Source: an uncultured Nitrososphaeraceae archaeon | Lineage (GTDB): Archaea; Thermoproteota; Nitrososphaeria; Nitrososphaerales; Nitrososphaeraceae | Direction: 5' to 3' | DNA: 37,800 nt | Assembly: GCA_963825865.1 (NCBI GenBank) | Contig: CAWGVG010000024.1 | Span: 1-37,800 of the forward strand | Shown here: positions 10,140-21,788 of the stretch, piece by piece | How the letters are laid out: each line of letters begins with the position of its first letter | How positions within the stretch are numbered: position 1 is the first letter of the stretch | Translations under genes and position numbers: made by a program | Notes under the pieces: generated by a model | What the model saw: only the letters and a program-made list of their open reading frames with translations | Databases searched by the model: none | Told to the model about the DNA's origin: nothing

Positions 10140-10715
10140 CTATATCTTTCCGGGATTATTTCTTATTGATTCAGTTATAGACAAAAGGGCACACCTTAGG
10201 AACATTTTTACATTTGACAAACCGCCGAGCACCTCTTCTCCAACATTTGTTATGACTTTGAGATATTCTTCATTACTATCCTGAAAGTCATTTACAAGTG
10301 CTTCTAGTTTCACTTTTTTTGGTGTAGCTCAACCATCTGCCTTTTTTCTTGTTCACAGGATAAACGACAGGAGTCGGATGTATTGCGTAAATCTGATATC
10401 AGGTCGCTTAATTCCTCCAAAATCATAGCTGAATTCTGATTACCAGCTTTTAGGGATGCTTCTTCTCTTTTGAGCTTTTCACATCTATATTCCACCGATG
10501 GCAGATCATCATTAGTAATTGTAAGAAGTCTGACCACCTGTTGTGTATCCATACGTGCTACCTTAGAGAGAAATGTACAAATTCACAAAAGGGGTAAATG
10601 TCATCCTTAATTTGATCATAAATCCGACAAAGGCTGTCAAGTTGGGTTATCTTGCAGTACTCCATGTAGAATTTGGTTACTTCAGGCTCTCTCAGGTTCA
10701 ATGCAATAGCCGAAT
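10140..10715 (-). pseudogene. Middle/C-terminal part of a multicopy HTH-coiled-coil protein family, frameshifted
   Basis: AIALNLREPEVTKFYMEYCKI matches AVALNLKESEITRFYKEYIKL at 26670-26725; followed by coiled-coil segments in ORFs 10310-10552 and 10558-10755. Confidence 0.65.
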
Positions 10716-10782
10716 TTATTGTAGATGAAACACTACTTAAGAGGCAGGTCATCATTATGCTTGGCTATGGGGTTGCTACAGT

Positions 10783-11116
10783 TTCTTGGTATTCGTATTT
10801 CCTTTGAAAGAAAGAAATATTATGTTAATCGCTGAACAATTCCTAAAAAGCCTGAAATAAAAATCGCTTTCTACAGATGGTGGAACTTGGTATCCTCAAG
10901 CTTGTAACTTTTTGAAAAAAATAACGCACCATTCTTGCATTCAGTACATGAGAAAAGTATCATCAGAAAGAACAATTCAGTACAACATTGAGGATAGAAG
11001 AACTGAAAGTTTTGATGACTATTTTCCTTGTAGAAAACATAACTGTAAATTAATGCATATAACCAATTGGTTGAAATTATTTGTAGATATGTATAATCAG
11101 AGAAACTAAACAGGGC
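10783..11116 (+). mobile_element. IS6-like DDE transposase C-terminal remnant with terminal sequence
   Basis: MLIAEQFLKSL, STDGGTWYPQAC, ERTIQY...RTESFDDYFPC; followed by aactaaacagggc. Confidence 0.75.
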
Positions 11117-11139
11117 AAGAGAGATAGCGCTGTTTAGTT
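11104..11139. repeat. 13-bp inverted repeat (12/13 match) with 10-nt spacer
   Basis: aactaaacagggc-aagagagata-gcgctgtttagtt. Confidence 0.85.
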
Positions 11140-11148
11140 GGATGAGTG

Positions 11149-12371
11149 TCAGTCTTCAATGTGGTCGAAAGTAACCATCAGATGCCGAGGACCGCGCAGT
11201 GATGCGTTCTCACGGTAGGGTGGTGGGTCGATGACCAGGCGTGGGGCTACGAGGCGTCGAGTAAGCGTGCTTAACGCGACCAGAGTTTCGAGGCGGGCAA
11301 GGGGGGCTCCAACACAATAGTGAATGCCTCCGCCAAAGCCAAGATGTTGATTGTCAGTACGGTCTGGGTTAAAGTGGTCAGGCTCTACGAAGCGCGCCGG
11401 GTCGCGGCTGCCAGAGGCAAACAGAAGGACCACAGTCGCACCCTTTGGGATAGTAACACCGGCTATATTGATATCAGTGAGGGTCGTGCGGATGCGAAAG
11501 TGCACCGGAGGATCAAAGCGTAGCACCTCTTCGATCGTGCGGATGACGCTATTGGGATCGCGGCGCAACCGTGCCAACGCGTCGGGATAGCGCAGCAGAG
11601 TAAGCATGCTATTAGAAATCAAGTTAACGGTAGTCTCGTAGCCGGCGCCGAGCAGCAGAAACACGGTGGCTAGAAGGTCCTGGTCGTTCATCTGCAAAGC
11701 GGGGTCATGACTGGTCGCCATAGTCGCTAGGCCTGATATCAAATCATCAGCTGGTCTGGCGCGACGTTCGGCGATAAGGCCGACTAGGTATTCCCTCATC
11801 TCAGTGGCGGCTTGTGCCGGCCCGCTCTACCTCAGTCTCACTCACAGCCTGTGCAGGTTCGAGTCTACGGACTAGCACCGGCACCCAAGCTTCGAAGCGT
11901 GGCCTGTCCTCAGGCGGTACACCTAGCATTTCGGAAACAACATCTACTGGCAGTGGGTGAGCAAAGTCATCAACAATATCGAGCTGGCCACGATCACGCT
12001 GAGCATCGAGCAATCGATTCACGAGCTGAGTCACACGGTCATGCATACCTTCGACTCTTTCAGGAGTGAACTCGCGCATTACCAGGCGACGGAGGCGATC
12101 GTGATCGGGTGGATCAAGGAAGATGAAGGGCTGATGTGCTCCCAGATTCGATCTTCTTGGCCAGTTCACCAGGGCCGCGAGTACTCTTGCGTTCATCAGA
12201 ACTGATGCGCGGATCGTGCAACAGTGCTACGATTTCACGATAAGTGCTAACTACATATGTACCATCTTCCTGCTTAGAGACTGGAGTCGCACGCAGTTGA
12301 GAGTAGAGCGGATAGGGATTTGGGCGGTTGGCCGGTTTGAGGATCTGCTCGAACAGGTTCCCCTGATTCAT
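11149..12371 (-). CDS. Cytochrome P450 (bacterial type), frameshifts near 12190 and 11810
   Basis: NPYPLY N-terminus, FLDPPDHDRLRR, GAGYETT I-helix, EEVLR (ExxR), FGGGIHYCVGA heme ligand. Confidence 0.95.
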
Positions 12372-12395
12372 GATCAAATACACCTACCTAGTTCC

Positions 12396-13833
12396 TCATA
12401 AGGGTGGTGGACCTATTGGTACACGCGGATCCTTCATCGTAGCAGCCTCTCCTTTGGCCGAAGGCTCAGGTGTGCTTGGGCCAGGACCTGTTGGTGCTGC
12501 ACCAGGACTGTGGGTAGCATGACCCTGAGGCGGGAATCCAGCAGGGATAGGCCGCAGCTTGACTGGTCCATCGGCAGCGTGCAGCTCAGGAGGAAACGGT
12601 GCCCTCGCTTCAATCAGTGCCTGATAGGCTGGTAACCAGAGAGGTGCATTGACTGCTACTGCGGCCACTATCCGGCCATTCTGACCATAGGCGGCCACTA
12701 AGCGGCGTTCTTCGACCGTTCCCTGTGTGAGTACAACCTCGTCGGCTATGGTCGGTAGGCCAACCGATTTGATGTTGACACCAAACTGATTGGACCAGAA
12801 TGCAGGAAGAGACTTGTGGGGGCGACGATCGGATGGAGCACACACCATGTTGTGGGCTGCAGTCTTTGCCTGCTCTACAGCGTTTCCCCAATGTTCAACT
12901 GAGAGTAGCATGCCATCGTAGAAAGTGTTAGGCCAGCGTGCTACATCACCTGCTACAAAAATGTCGTCAGTCACCATACCGTCCTCGTCAAAGACGCGAC
13001 AGGACGCATCACAGACTACACCACGGGCATCAGCTGCCAACTTCGCGCCATGCAACCACTCTACATTGCGAACAGCGCCCAGCGCAACCACTGCTACGTC
13101 AATGTCAAGCACATCGCCATCAGAGAGTCGAGCACGTCGTAACCGTCCATCCGTATCACCCTCAAGCGCCATGACCGTGACGTTGCAGCGCAAATCAACG
13201 CCATACTGACGCTGCCACATAGGCAGCAACGGCACCGGCTGCCTGACCAAGCGCACCTGCGAGCGGAGCAGGACCGCGCTCAGCGAGAGTCACCTGTAGA
13301 CCGAGCTCACGACAGACAGAGGCCACCTCAGAACCGGTAAACCCACCACCGATGACAAGCACACGCTTCGGACCTGAAGCTAGGCGGGTGCGGAGACGAC
13401 TGCTGTCCTCGCGGGTCCGTAAAGTGAACACTCCATCAAGGGCTGCCTGCTCCCGGTTCACCCAGGGGCGAGCACGCGTGCCGGTGGCGATCAGTAGGCG
13501 ATCAAAATCAACCAATCGCCCATCAGCTAGATGCACCTGATGCTTCTGCCGGTCCAGCCCAGTAGCTGCCACACCCAGAATCCACTCGGCCTGGATATCA
13601 CGCAGTTGCGGCAGAGTCGTGTGGTCTATCGGCAACCATCCAGTTAGGACTGACTTGGATAAAGGTGGTCGATCATACGGCTCCCACGGCTCATCGCCAA
13701 TCAGCGTCAGGTGACCAGTGAAGCCCTCATTGCGCAGTGCTTCTGCAGCCCTCAAACCAGCCAGGGAGGCACCAACGATTACCACCCGATCGATGGGTAC
13801 GAAGCTTGTGGTAACAGATTTACTGTCCGTTAT
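12396..13833 (-). CDS. FAD/NAD(P)H-dependent ferredoxin reductase, frameshift near 13205
   Basis: VIVGASLAG, YDRPPLSK, LIATG, IGGGFTGSEVA, VAGDVA, FWSNQFG; frame open back to an ATA at 13833. Confidence 0.93.
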
Positions 13834-14072
13834 AATCCATCTCCTTGGGTGTCGCTGCGCTTATCTGTCTTTGGTTGTTCGTCAGCATCGCCAATACTTA
13901 TGGCCTGAACTGGGCATGCAGCCGCTGCCCGCTCGACCTGACCACGTAATTCGTCGTCAGGGTTGTAGTCGTATTCGAGCGATTGCTCCCCATGAAAACG
14001 GAACACTTTCGGTGCGGCAAAGACACATTGTCCATAGCTCTGACACCGGTTCAAATCGACGACGATCTTCAT
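13830..14072 (-). CDS. Ferredoxin, [3Fe-4S] P450-partner type
   Basis: VDLNRCQSYGQC...CPVQAI: CxxYxxC(x)nCP motif. Confidence 0.93.
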   Translation of the reverse strand: MKIVVDLNRCQSYGQCVFAAPKVFRFHGEQSLEYDYNPDDELRGQVERAAAACPVQAISIGDADEQPKTDKRSDTQGDGL

Positions 14073-14445
14073 GTGAAACCCCTTCCTGGTTCCTTGGAAA
14101 TAGGCCTTCCGTATGCAGGTTTTCTGTTTGTTATCATATTACATAGACAACAATTCATATTTAACAAACTAACACTGTATGTTTAAAGATTATGTTCCAA
14201 GGAAAGTGCGCTTAAATGGGCAATCTGTAAACACTGCAATTTTCAAGGGTCCCGGTCAAAGGTCCTATAATGCTACGAAAGCTAGATAACTATAGCTTTC
14301 CCCCGCGAGATGAAGTCGGGGCAGCATATGTTTCACTAATTCCTAACTACAGATGGCAATACATTTCTCAGTTAACATAGTTACCCTAAGTTAATAGTGG
14401 TTATTGTTTATCCTATCTAATAGCAATAAGAAATTGCATTAAGAA

Positions 14446-14631
14446 ATGACTTGTAAAGGAATATGCATACATCATAAAACACTAGGTCGTTATAATAGTG
14501 AACGTAAACGTTGTCAACAATGTGAAATATTCATAAAATGGAGTGGAATACGCTGTCCATGTTGTAGGTATAAATTGAGAACCAGACCAAGGAATTTTAG
14601 TAACACAAAGTCAAGAGAAGGAAGAAAATAG
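14446..14631 (+). CDS. Small Cys-rich zinc-finger-like protein
   Basis: MTCKGIC...KRCQQCEIFIKW..RCPCC..LRTRP pattern, which I recognise from small thaumarchaeal proteins. Confidence 0.75.
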   Translation: MTCKGICIHHKTLGRYNSERKRCQQCEIFIKWSGIRCPCCRYKLRTRPRNFSNTKSREGRK

Positions 14632-14800
14632 TCGGAGATAACTAATCAGTAATTAGAATATATAGCAGATTGAAATTATGGAGGGAAATCCTCGCTGTTG
14701 TGGTTTTCGTCTTTCTATTTCATTTGGAAGGACAGTTATTCAGATGCATTGATAAACGTGTAAAATGCATTAAATATCATCATTAGTGCGCTTCTGCTTC

Positions 14801-15106
14801 TCAATCTTGTATTTCCATAGATGTTGGCAGTCTATTTGTTAACTGTACTAAGGTATCCATATTTGTAAAGAGTCTAATCATATCTGTATCTTCGTTTTTC
14901 AGATTGCCTCTTAGAAGGATTTGATTTCCAGACTCCGTATAAAATGAAATCGATTTTTGACCTGGATTCTGGTTCAAACCAGCGGGCATAATTAAAGCAG
15001 TATCAGGCCATCCTTGTTGAATGTTAATTTTATAAGACGAAGATTCAGTAGTAGCGTCACCGTATAGGTAACCGTCTCCAAGATTTAAATTAAGATTGAG
15101 TTTCAT
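14801..15106 (-). CDS. Hypothetical protein
   Basis: 101-aa ATG ORF directly downstream of the 15123 ORF. Confidence 0.5.
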   Translation of the reverse strand: MKLNLNLNLGDGYLYGDATTESSSYKINIQQGWPDTALIMPAGLNQNPGQKSISFYTESGNQILLRGNLKNEDTDMIRLFTNMDTLVQLTNRLPTSMEIQD

Positions 15107-15122
15107 ATCCTTATCATTATAA

Positions 15123-15446
15123 TCAGCTTTTAGCTACATATAACGTATCATAGGCCCTGGCAATGTTTCGATGGTCGTCATACAGGTTTACATATACAGT
15201 ATAATATCCATCTTCCTTTGGTTTTAGCTTTGCCTTGTATGCTGTCTCATCTCCTCTAGACATTTTCCTTGTTTTCATATCAGCTAGCTCTTCAAACTTG
15301 CCTGATGGTGTCTCAGCCCAAAATGCAAGTCCTAGTCCGTTGCTATCACCCAAACCTTTGACTACTGCTTCTACCTCTAGTTCTCCATCAATATTGCTGT
15401 AAGGGCTTGAAACAAATACACGTTCAATCTCTGGTAATTCACCATC
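15123..15446 (-). pseudogene. C-terminal beta-rich domain of a 5'-truncated hypothetical protein
   Basis: Frame extends upstream of 15353 (GELPEIERVFVSSPYSNIDGELEVEAVVKG) without a start codon. Confidence 0.4.
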
Positions 15447-16133
15447 CTAGTGAAAGAGAAGATAGCATTACAAGAGATCAAAACTGTCCTACATGTAGTC
15501 AATTAAATAAAATTATCTGGGATAAAGACCATAATCTGTCATTTAATAGAGTCTGAAGATCGCCTCTCAAACTACCTAATCATGATTTATTTCTTTTGTT
15601 CATACAAGTTAGCTTGTACAATACCTTTTTTTTACACATTCCGCAGTATTTCATTCTTGTTTGGTTCGATTAATAGACATGAATACTTCAATAGAAACAA
15701 AACTTTATTTGAAATAGTCTAGACTTCCTCTAACAAAAAGAATTAGGATTGCATTTTATTTATTTCATTCTTCTCTTTATGTGTTTGTGCCATGCTATTA
15801 CACTAAATTGAAATAGCATACTGTGTGCTATTGCAACCAGCATCGTATTTGAATTCTACCTGCTTATTCTGTTATCATTTAAAAGAAATATCTATAGATA
15901 GAGCAGGCATCTATTACGGTGTTTGGGGAATGGTTTTTGTTTAAGAAAAAAAGACGAGAGATAAAATAATCTGTACAGTCTGAAATATTAATAAGACATA
16001 TCATTGAACCCCTTTACATGAAGGGACCTAACCCCCTTGGGCCCACTTTAAAGTTGTTTCAAAGTTCTAAAATGGAAAAAGCTAAAGCTGGTAGTTAATA
16101 CACTACTGTACATGTCATATAGGAGAATCACAC

Positions 16134-17341
16134 ATGTTCCGAGGCAAGGTATTTGAGCCAAAGTTAACAGCTATTCCTTACCATATATTTATAGAAGGCC
16201 TAAAATCTGCTGTAACCAAAGCTGCATACACTTTTGCTCTTCAAAAATACATGAAATATCTTAAAATAGATAATCCTAATGATTTATTAAAATATCAAGA
16301 TAACCCTAAATTTATTCAGAACCAGATAATCGATTATTTGATATCCTTGAAAAATCCGCCTGTTTCATTAAGATATGCTACGAGAAGCCAGTATCTGGCA
16401 GCAATTATGACATTCTATGACCTAAATGAAGTCATATTAAACAAGAAAAAGATCTACAGATATCTTGGTGAAGAAGAAAGACCAATTGAGAATAGAGGCT
16501 ATACAACAGAAGAAATAACAAAGATGCTAGAAGTTTGTGATGAAAGAGTTAAAGCATTAATTTTGTTTTTGGCTTCCACAGGTGTAAGAATTAGAGCAAT
16601 AGTTGATCTCAAATTACAAGACTTGGTAAGCATCCCTACCTATGATCTATATCAAGTAAAAGTATATTCTGATTCAAAAGAAAGCTATTTTACTTTCAGC
16701 ACTCCTGAAGCGCTAAAGCCATAAACACATACCTGAGCTATAGGGAAAGATATGGTGAAAAATTAACACCTAAATCACCAGTTTTCAGAGACCAATTTGA
16801 TAGAAATGATCCTGTTTCTATTCATAACGTTCAACCATTAATGCTCAGAACAGTAGAAAGGCTAGTATCGAGAACTATAGAAAAATCAGGGATAAGAACA
16901 GTAGAAAGACAGACAGAGCTACATAACGAACATGGAAAGGTTAGAAAGAATGTCAGACTCACAACTGGATTTAGAAAATTTTTTGATACTCAACTAATAT
17001 ATGCAGATGTAAAACCAGCGATTAAAGAGATGTTTATGGGTCATAGTATAGGCCTAGACGATCACTATTTTAAACCAGGAGAAAATGACGTGTTACAAGA
17101 ATATCTTAAGGCAGTTGACTATCTGACAATAAATGAAGAAAACAGATTAAAGATAAAGGTAGGTGAACTAATTGAAAAAAGTAAAAACAATGAATATATC
17201 ATAAATGCAAAGCTGCAAGAAAAAGATGATGAAGTAAGGAACATGAAAGACCAAATTATCGCTTTACAGGAGGCACAAAAAGAAATATTGGAATGTCTCA
17301 AATATCCTGATAAGATGGCGGCAATAGCTCGAGAAAATTAG
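16134..17341 (+). CDS. Tyrosine recombinase/integrase (frameshift near 16710) with C-terminal coiled coil
   Basis: LASTGVRIRA (catalytic R), GFRKFF, FMGH, HYFK (catalytic Y). Confidence 0.9.
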
Positions 17342-17761
17342 TAACCATGATGGTAAATATTTAAAAAACCTGTATAGATTATGGGTAGGCCTTACTGTAT
17401 CCTTACTATATCTTATGCGACTGTCATTATAGGTAAAATAATGAAGGTGTATTAAGTCGTCAAAATTTAATTAGAAAACATATACTATGTGGTATATAAT
17501 CCTCCCATATTGTGAAAAGCATTTGATATGATGATGTATAGATTACTTTTGAGAAAATAAAACAATATCATTTGAATAATATCTCACCTAAATGGACTAA
17601 ATGTTTGATATTAAATCTATTACCGCAATTTTTCCATAGTACAATATAATTAAAATCAGTTTATGTTAAATAAGCGGCTTCATTTATGCCTGTGAAGTAT
17701 TATCTTTTACTTAGGTAATGCTTTTAAAGTAAAATTTTATTTTGTATATTCGAGGTTTAAC

Positions 17762-17989
17762 ATGGGTAAAAAGTTAAAACACATAACAATATCGGAGTCA
17801 AATTATTTGACTTTGAAGACACTCGGAAATGCCGGAGACTCGTTTAATGACGTGGTGACAGGAGTATTGAAAAAGGTAGGTGAGTCGTCGCAGTTCGGTT
17901 CTGGAGTTGGCGCCCCTGGACGAACTGCTACGACAGCGATTGCTTTCCGCCATCCCTTAGCAAAAGGAGGCCACAGCAATAATGAATAG
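17762..17989 (+). CDS. Small DNA-binding protein, antitoxin-like (VapB/DUF217-type RHH)
   Basis: HITISESNYLTLKTLGNAGDSFNDVV pattern; ttttaaa box at ~17722. Confidence 0.6.
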   Translation: MGKKLKHITISESNYLTLKTLGNAGDSFNDVVTGVLKKVGESSQFGSGVGAPGRTATTAIAFRHPLAKGGHSNNE

Positions 17990-18203
17990 TTCTACGAACA
18001 GAAATATAAATAGTAATGCTACTTTTCCAATAAAAAAATGCTGGCTTGTAGGAAATAATATTGTAGTCGTTATTGATAAGGCCATAGTTCAAACACTCGG
18101 CATAAATGAACAAGAAACATTCGTTGAGGAAGTAATAATAGATGACGGTATTTTGTTGAGAATTAGAAGGACTCATGAGGAGCATACAAATGTTGGATGC
18201 TGA
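17982..18203 (+). CDS. AbrB/MazE-like DNA-binding protein
   Basis: WLVGNNIVVVIDKAIVQTLGI...DGILLRI swapped-hairpin pattern. Confidence 0.6.
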   Translation: MNSSTNRNINSNATFPIKKCWLVGNNIVVVIDKAIVQTLGINEQETFVEEVIIDDGILLRIRRTHEEHTNVGC

Positions 18204-20098
18204 TCAGAATTTCCTTGCTGAAAAATTAAAGGAGCTTGGTTTTTCTACTGACTTTACAGTTCCTACAAGTGACAATGGTAGTTTGGTCGTATATTACAAA
18301 AACATAGCAGTGGTATCTCCATTCTATAAGTCTCTAGTAAAGATTACAAGGGAACTAGAACGAAAGCTTAGTAACATTGGTGTAAATCAAAAGGCAGCCC
18401 AACTTTTCATAACATATTTCACCAATGTATACCTCGACACAAAAAAATCTGAGAATTTATCGTCGATAAATCAAAACCAAAACATTGACGGCAAGAAAAA
18501 ACTTGAATACGTGTACAAATATTCAAAAATACACGACAAAAATGATAAGAGGAAAAAGAAAATTTTGCATGAGAGCGTACTGCTGACGACTTCAAATGAT
18601 GGAGAATCAACAGAGCCAGTTTTTCTTTATTATGATAAAGAGCAGGACAAAATACAAGCCGTTCGGTATATTGAGGAAAGTAACAGGATACTCAACCCCG
18701 TAGAGCAAGACGAATACCAGTACATTCCCTATAGCTATGATGCAGACATAGATGAAGCCAATTTAATAAAAGACCAAATAAAAAACACAACTATAGAATC
18801 ATTTTACAAAGACGTCTTGGAATTTGTAAGGTTATTCAATGTACAAGATAAAAATAAACGAGTTCTAATTGCTGCAAATGCAGTATGGTCCTATTTCCAA
18901 GATAAATTTCCAACTTGCCATTATCCAACTATTACAGGTAAGCCAGGTTCAGGAAAAACAAGTGTAGGCCATACTTTCGGGGCACTAGGCTACAGACCTA
19001 TATACCAAGTATATCGAAGTGCCCCAAATATTTTCAGGACTCTTGGAAAAATTGAGGCTGGTCAGTGTACCTTAATCCTAGATGAAGCCGATCGACTTGC
19101 TATGTCAAGTGATTTGATGACTACAATAAAGACAGGCTATGACAAAAAGGGCAAGACACCAAGAATAAATCAATTCACAAACAAGCCCGAATACTTTCAT
19201 TCTTACTGCCTAAAATTCATAATTGCAGAAAGGATACCAAAAGAGTGGAAAACCGATGGGATACTACATCGTATGCTATCCTGGGTTTCACAGCCAGGCA
19301 TATCCGAATTTGACATCAAAGAGGTTCTGAATGAGGAAGCAAGTTATCAAGAGGAGCAAGAACTCTTTGACAGACTCGTTGCGTTCAGAAAGAAAATTTT
19401 GATATATAGACTTGTCCATTTCAACGATCCGTGTTGCCAATATAGATGTTGGCGTTGTCATGAGGGATAAAGAGCTTGTAAAACCAATGCTTCAATTATT
19501 CTACAACCATTGTAGTGAAAATACATTAAACGAAATAACACAATCTTTACAGAATTCTATTGATGAGAAAAATGAGGTAAAAAAGAATTCTATTGATGAG
19601 GTTTTATACTCTATAGTGGTTAACTTAGTTGCAGAATATAACACATATGAGATCCCTGTTGAAATTTTGTGGAAGGCGCTTATTGAGACGCTAGAAGGGC
19701 CACACTCCTATAGGCCTACAAAAGAGAACAGGCAGAATATAGATTATGAATTTTCAGACTATGGTAAGCAGTATAAAACCACGATATCAAAGAACTTGGT
19801 GACAATGTTTTCTGCAGAACATAGACACAGGAATAACGGAAATGTGATTGTATTTTCAAAGCAAAAAATTGACAATTTGACAAAGATGCGCCGTGAAAGG
19901 AGGATTGAAGTGAAGGAAATATTTCCTAATACTGACAATTACAATAATACAGGTGAAGGTAGTGAAGGCAATGAAGGTAGTAGGGAAGGTCCCTGTACAG
20001 CTATAGAGGTCTATCGCGGAATCAATAACAGCAGAATAGAACTGTTAAGCTGCTCTCCTTCAAAAATTATTATACCTATTTTATTATCTAAATTTTAA
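18190..20098 (+). CDS. P-loop NTPase, putative replication helicase of the element (frameshift near 19435)
   Basis: Walker A GKPGSGKT, Walker B LILDEAD, GY motif; C-terminal region could be winged-helix-like. Confidence 0.7.
19952..19990 (+). repeat. Tandem 9-bp repeats (consensus GTGAAGGTA), array A
   Basis: ggtgaaggt-agtgaaggc-aatgaaggt-agtagggaaggt. Confidence 0.8.
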
Positions 20099-20372
20099 AT
20101 ATTACAAAATAAAAGTGATAGAAAAAAGATAACGGTTCACACAGGTTTTCGTCAATTTGTATTATTAGCATGAATATATAATGAAAACCATCTAAAGGTA
20201 GTCAGATAGTTATCAAATGAGTGAATCAAAAGAGAAAGAGGAATTAGAAAAATACATTTCCAAAGAGGGCCTAAGGATAAAAGTTGGAATAGAGATTGAG
20301 AGTAAGAATAAATGGTTAGATTTGTTAAAATATTCAAATATAAATAAAAGATGATGATATTTATAATTACGC

Positions 20373-20627
20373 ATGTCTGAATTATTGAAACCAGAAAATC
20401 AAGAAATGATTAAGAAATCTAATGAAAATTTTCAGTGGTTTGTTAAACACTATGATGAATTGAAAGAAAAATACAAAGGGAAATACATAGCCATAGATGA
20501 TGGAAAAGTTATAGCAGAAAATAGCGACCGTGTACAATTAATTGATTATTTAAGCAAACAATTCAATGATATACGTGCTATATTAATCCAATATATCAAA
20601 GAAAAAGATTATTTAACAATTACTTGA
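20373..20627 (+). CDS. DUF5678-like small protein
   Basis: WFVKHYDELKEKYKGKYIAIDDGKVIA pattern. Confidence 0.75.
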   Translation: MSELLKPENQEMIKKSNENFQWFVKHYDELKEKYKGKYIAIDDGKVIAENSDRVQLIDYLSKQFNDIRAILIQYIKEKDYLTIT

Positions 20628-20639
20628 TAACCGATATTA

Positions 20640-21059
20640 TTGAAAATAACAGGTAATAAAATAGCAAATAGTTATTATCTACCACTTACACTTCTATGTC
20701 CTAGTCCGTTTATTTTGAATACAATTCCTTTTAAAATTGATACAGGATGTGATATTACCACCCTTAGTTTAGATACTGCACTTAACATAAAACTGGATTT
20801 TACGAAACTGGGAAAACCTTTTGATGTCTTGACAGCTAGTGGACTTGTGTCTACTTATCCATTATTTAATTGTACTCTGTCTTTCGATTTCGGTAATTGT
20901 GTATTATCAGAAAGAATGGACCTTATGCATGTTTCACATCCTATTGTCACAAATGAAAATGCTGAGTCGATAAAGGCTATTCCAAGTCTACTTGGCATCG
21001 ACTTTCTACAACGCTATAGTATGAGATTTGATAATTATTTTGTTTATTTAGAAAGATAA
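20640..21059 (+). CDS. Retropepsin-like (clan AA) aspartic protease
   Basis: FKIDTGCDIT catalytic DTG motif; C-terminal LLGIDFL. Confidence 0.85.
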   Translation: MKITGNKIANSYYLPLTLLCPSPFILNTIPFKIDTGCDITTLSLDTALNIKLDFTKLGKPFDVLTASGLVSTYPLFNCTLSFDFGNCVLSERMDLMHVSHPIVTNENAESIKAIPSLLGIDFLQRYSMRFDNYFVYLER

Positions 21060-21313
21060 CATTGTTTAGTTTGTAGCTTAATTCAGAAATATCGTCATTC
21101 AGGTACGATTAAACCCAAAAAGAAACTATTAGATTTATTATATTCTGCTGAAAGGCACAATAGTTGATAGTTTGAAGACTGAATTCGAAATTATGCTACA
21201 AACTAAATATTGTTTTATAATTATTACTACCAACAAGAAATGAACAACAATTTAGAACAACATCAGGTTGAACAGAACCCAAAGATAAGCAAAATGAAAT
21301 AGAAATTCCTAGA

Positions 21314-21598
21314 ATGTTTAGCCGAGATATAGACAAAGACAAAATCATCATCACTTACATTTTACCAACAGACAACGAAACTTTAGATTACTACGAGAAA
21401 GTGGGAAATGATAATTCCACCGTTTTCTTAGCTTTATTAGATTGTCTTATCCATAGTATTCAGAACTGTGGAAGATCTTTTCTAATCCCAGATATTCATT
21501 TTGCATCAAATGGGAAATTACACAAATGGCTGGAAATTGTTGGGAAGGCCAATACCATTACAGCTATCTCTCCGTTAACCTTAAGGACAAATGTTTAG
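21314..21598 (+). CDS. Hypothetical protein, possibly a fragment
   Basis: 94-aa ATG ORF only. Confidence 0.35.
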   Translation: MFSRDIDKDKIIITYILPTDNETLDYYEKVGNDNSTVFLALLDCLIHSIQNCGRSFLIPDIHFASNGKLHKWLEIVGKANTITAISPLTLRTNV

Positions 21599-21788
21599 GA
21601 AACTATAAGCCAACGAATGTTAGAAGCACTATCAAAAGATAAGATAAAGATATTTTAAAACACAAAGAAAACAGCTTAAGAATTGATAGTCAACATAAGA
21701 AATAATATATCTATAGAATATGCAAAATTGGGTATTATTACAAACAAACAAGGACACCAAATGATAATGGTTATGAAAGAGGGTGGGC

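Noticed and set aside
11320-14186. Many plus-strand and alternate-frame ORFs over the P450 operon
   Set aside because: Shadow ORFs expected in GC-rich DNA opposite well-supported genes
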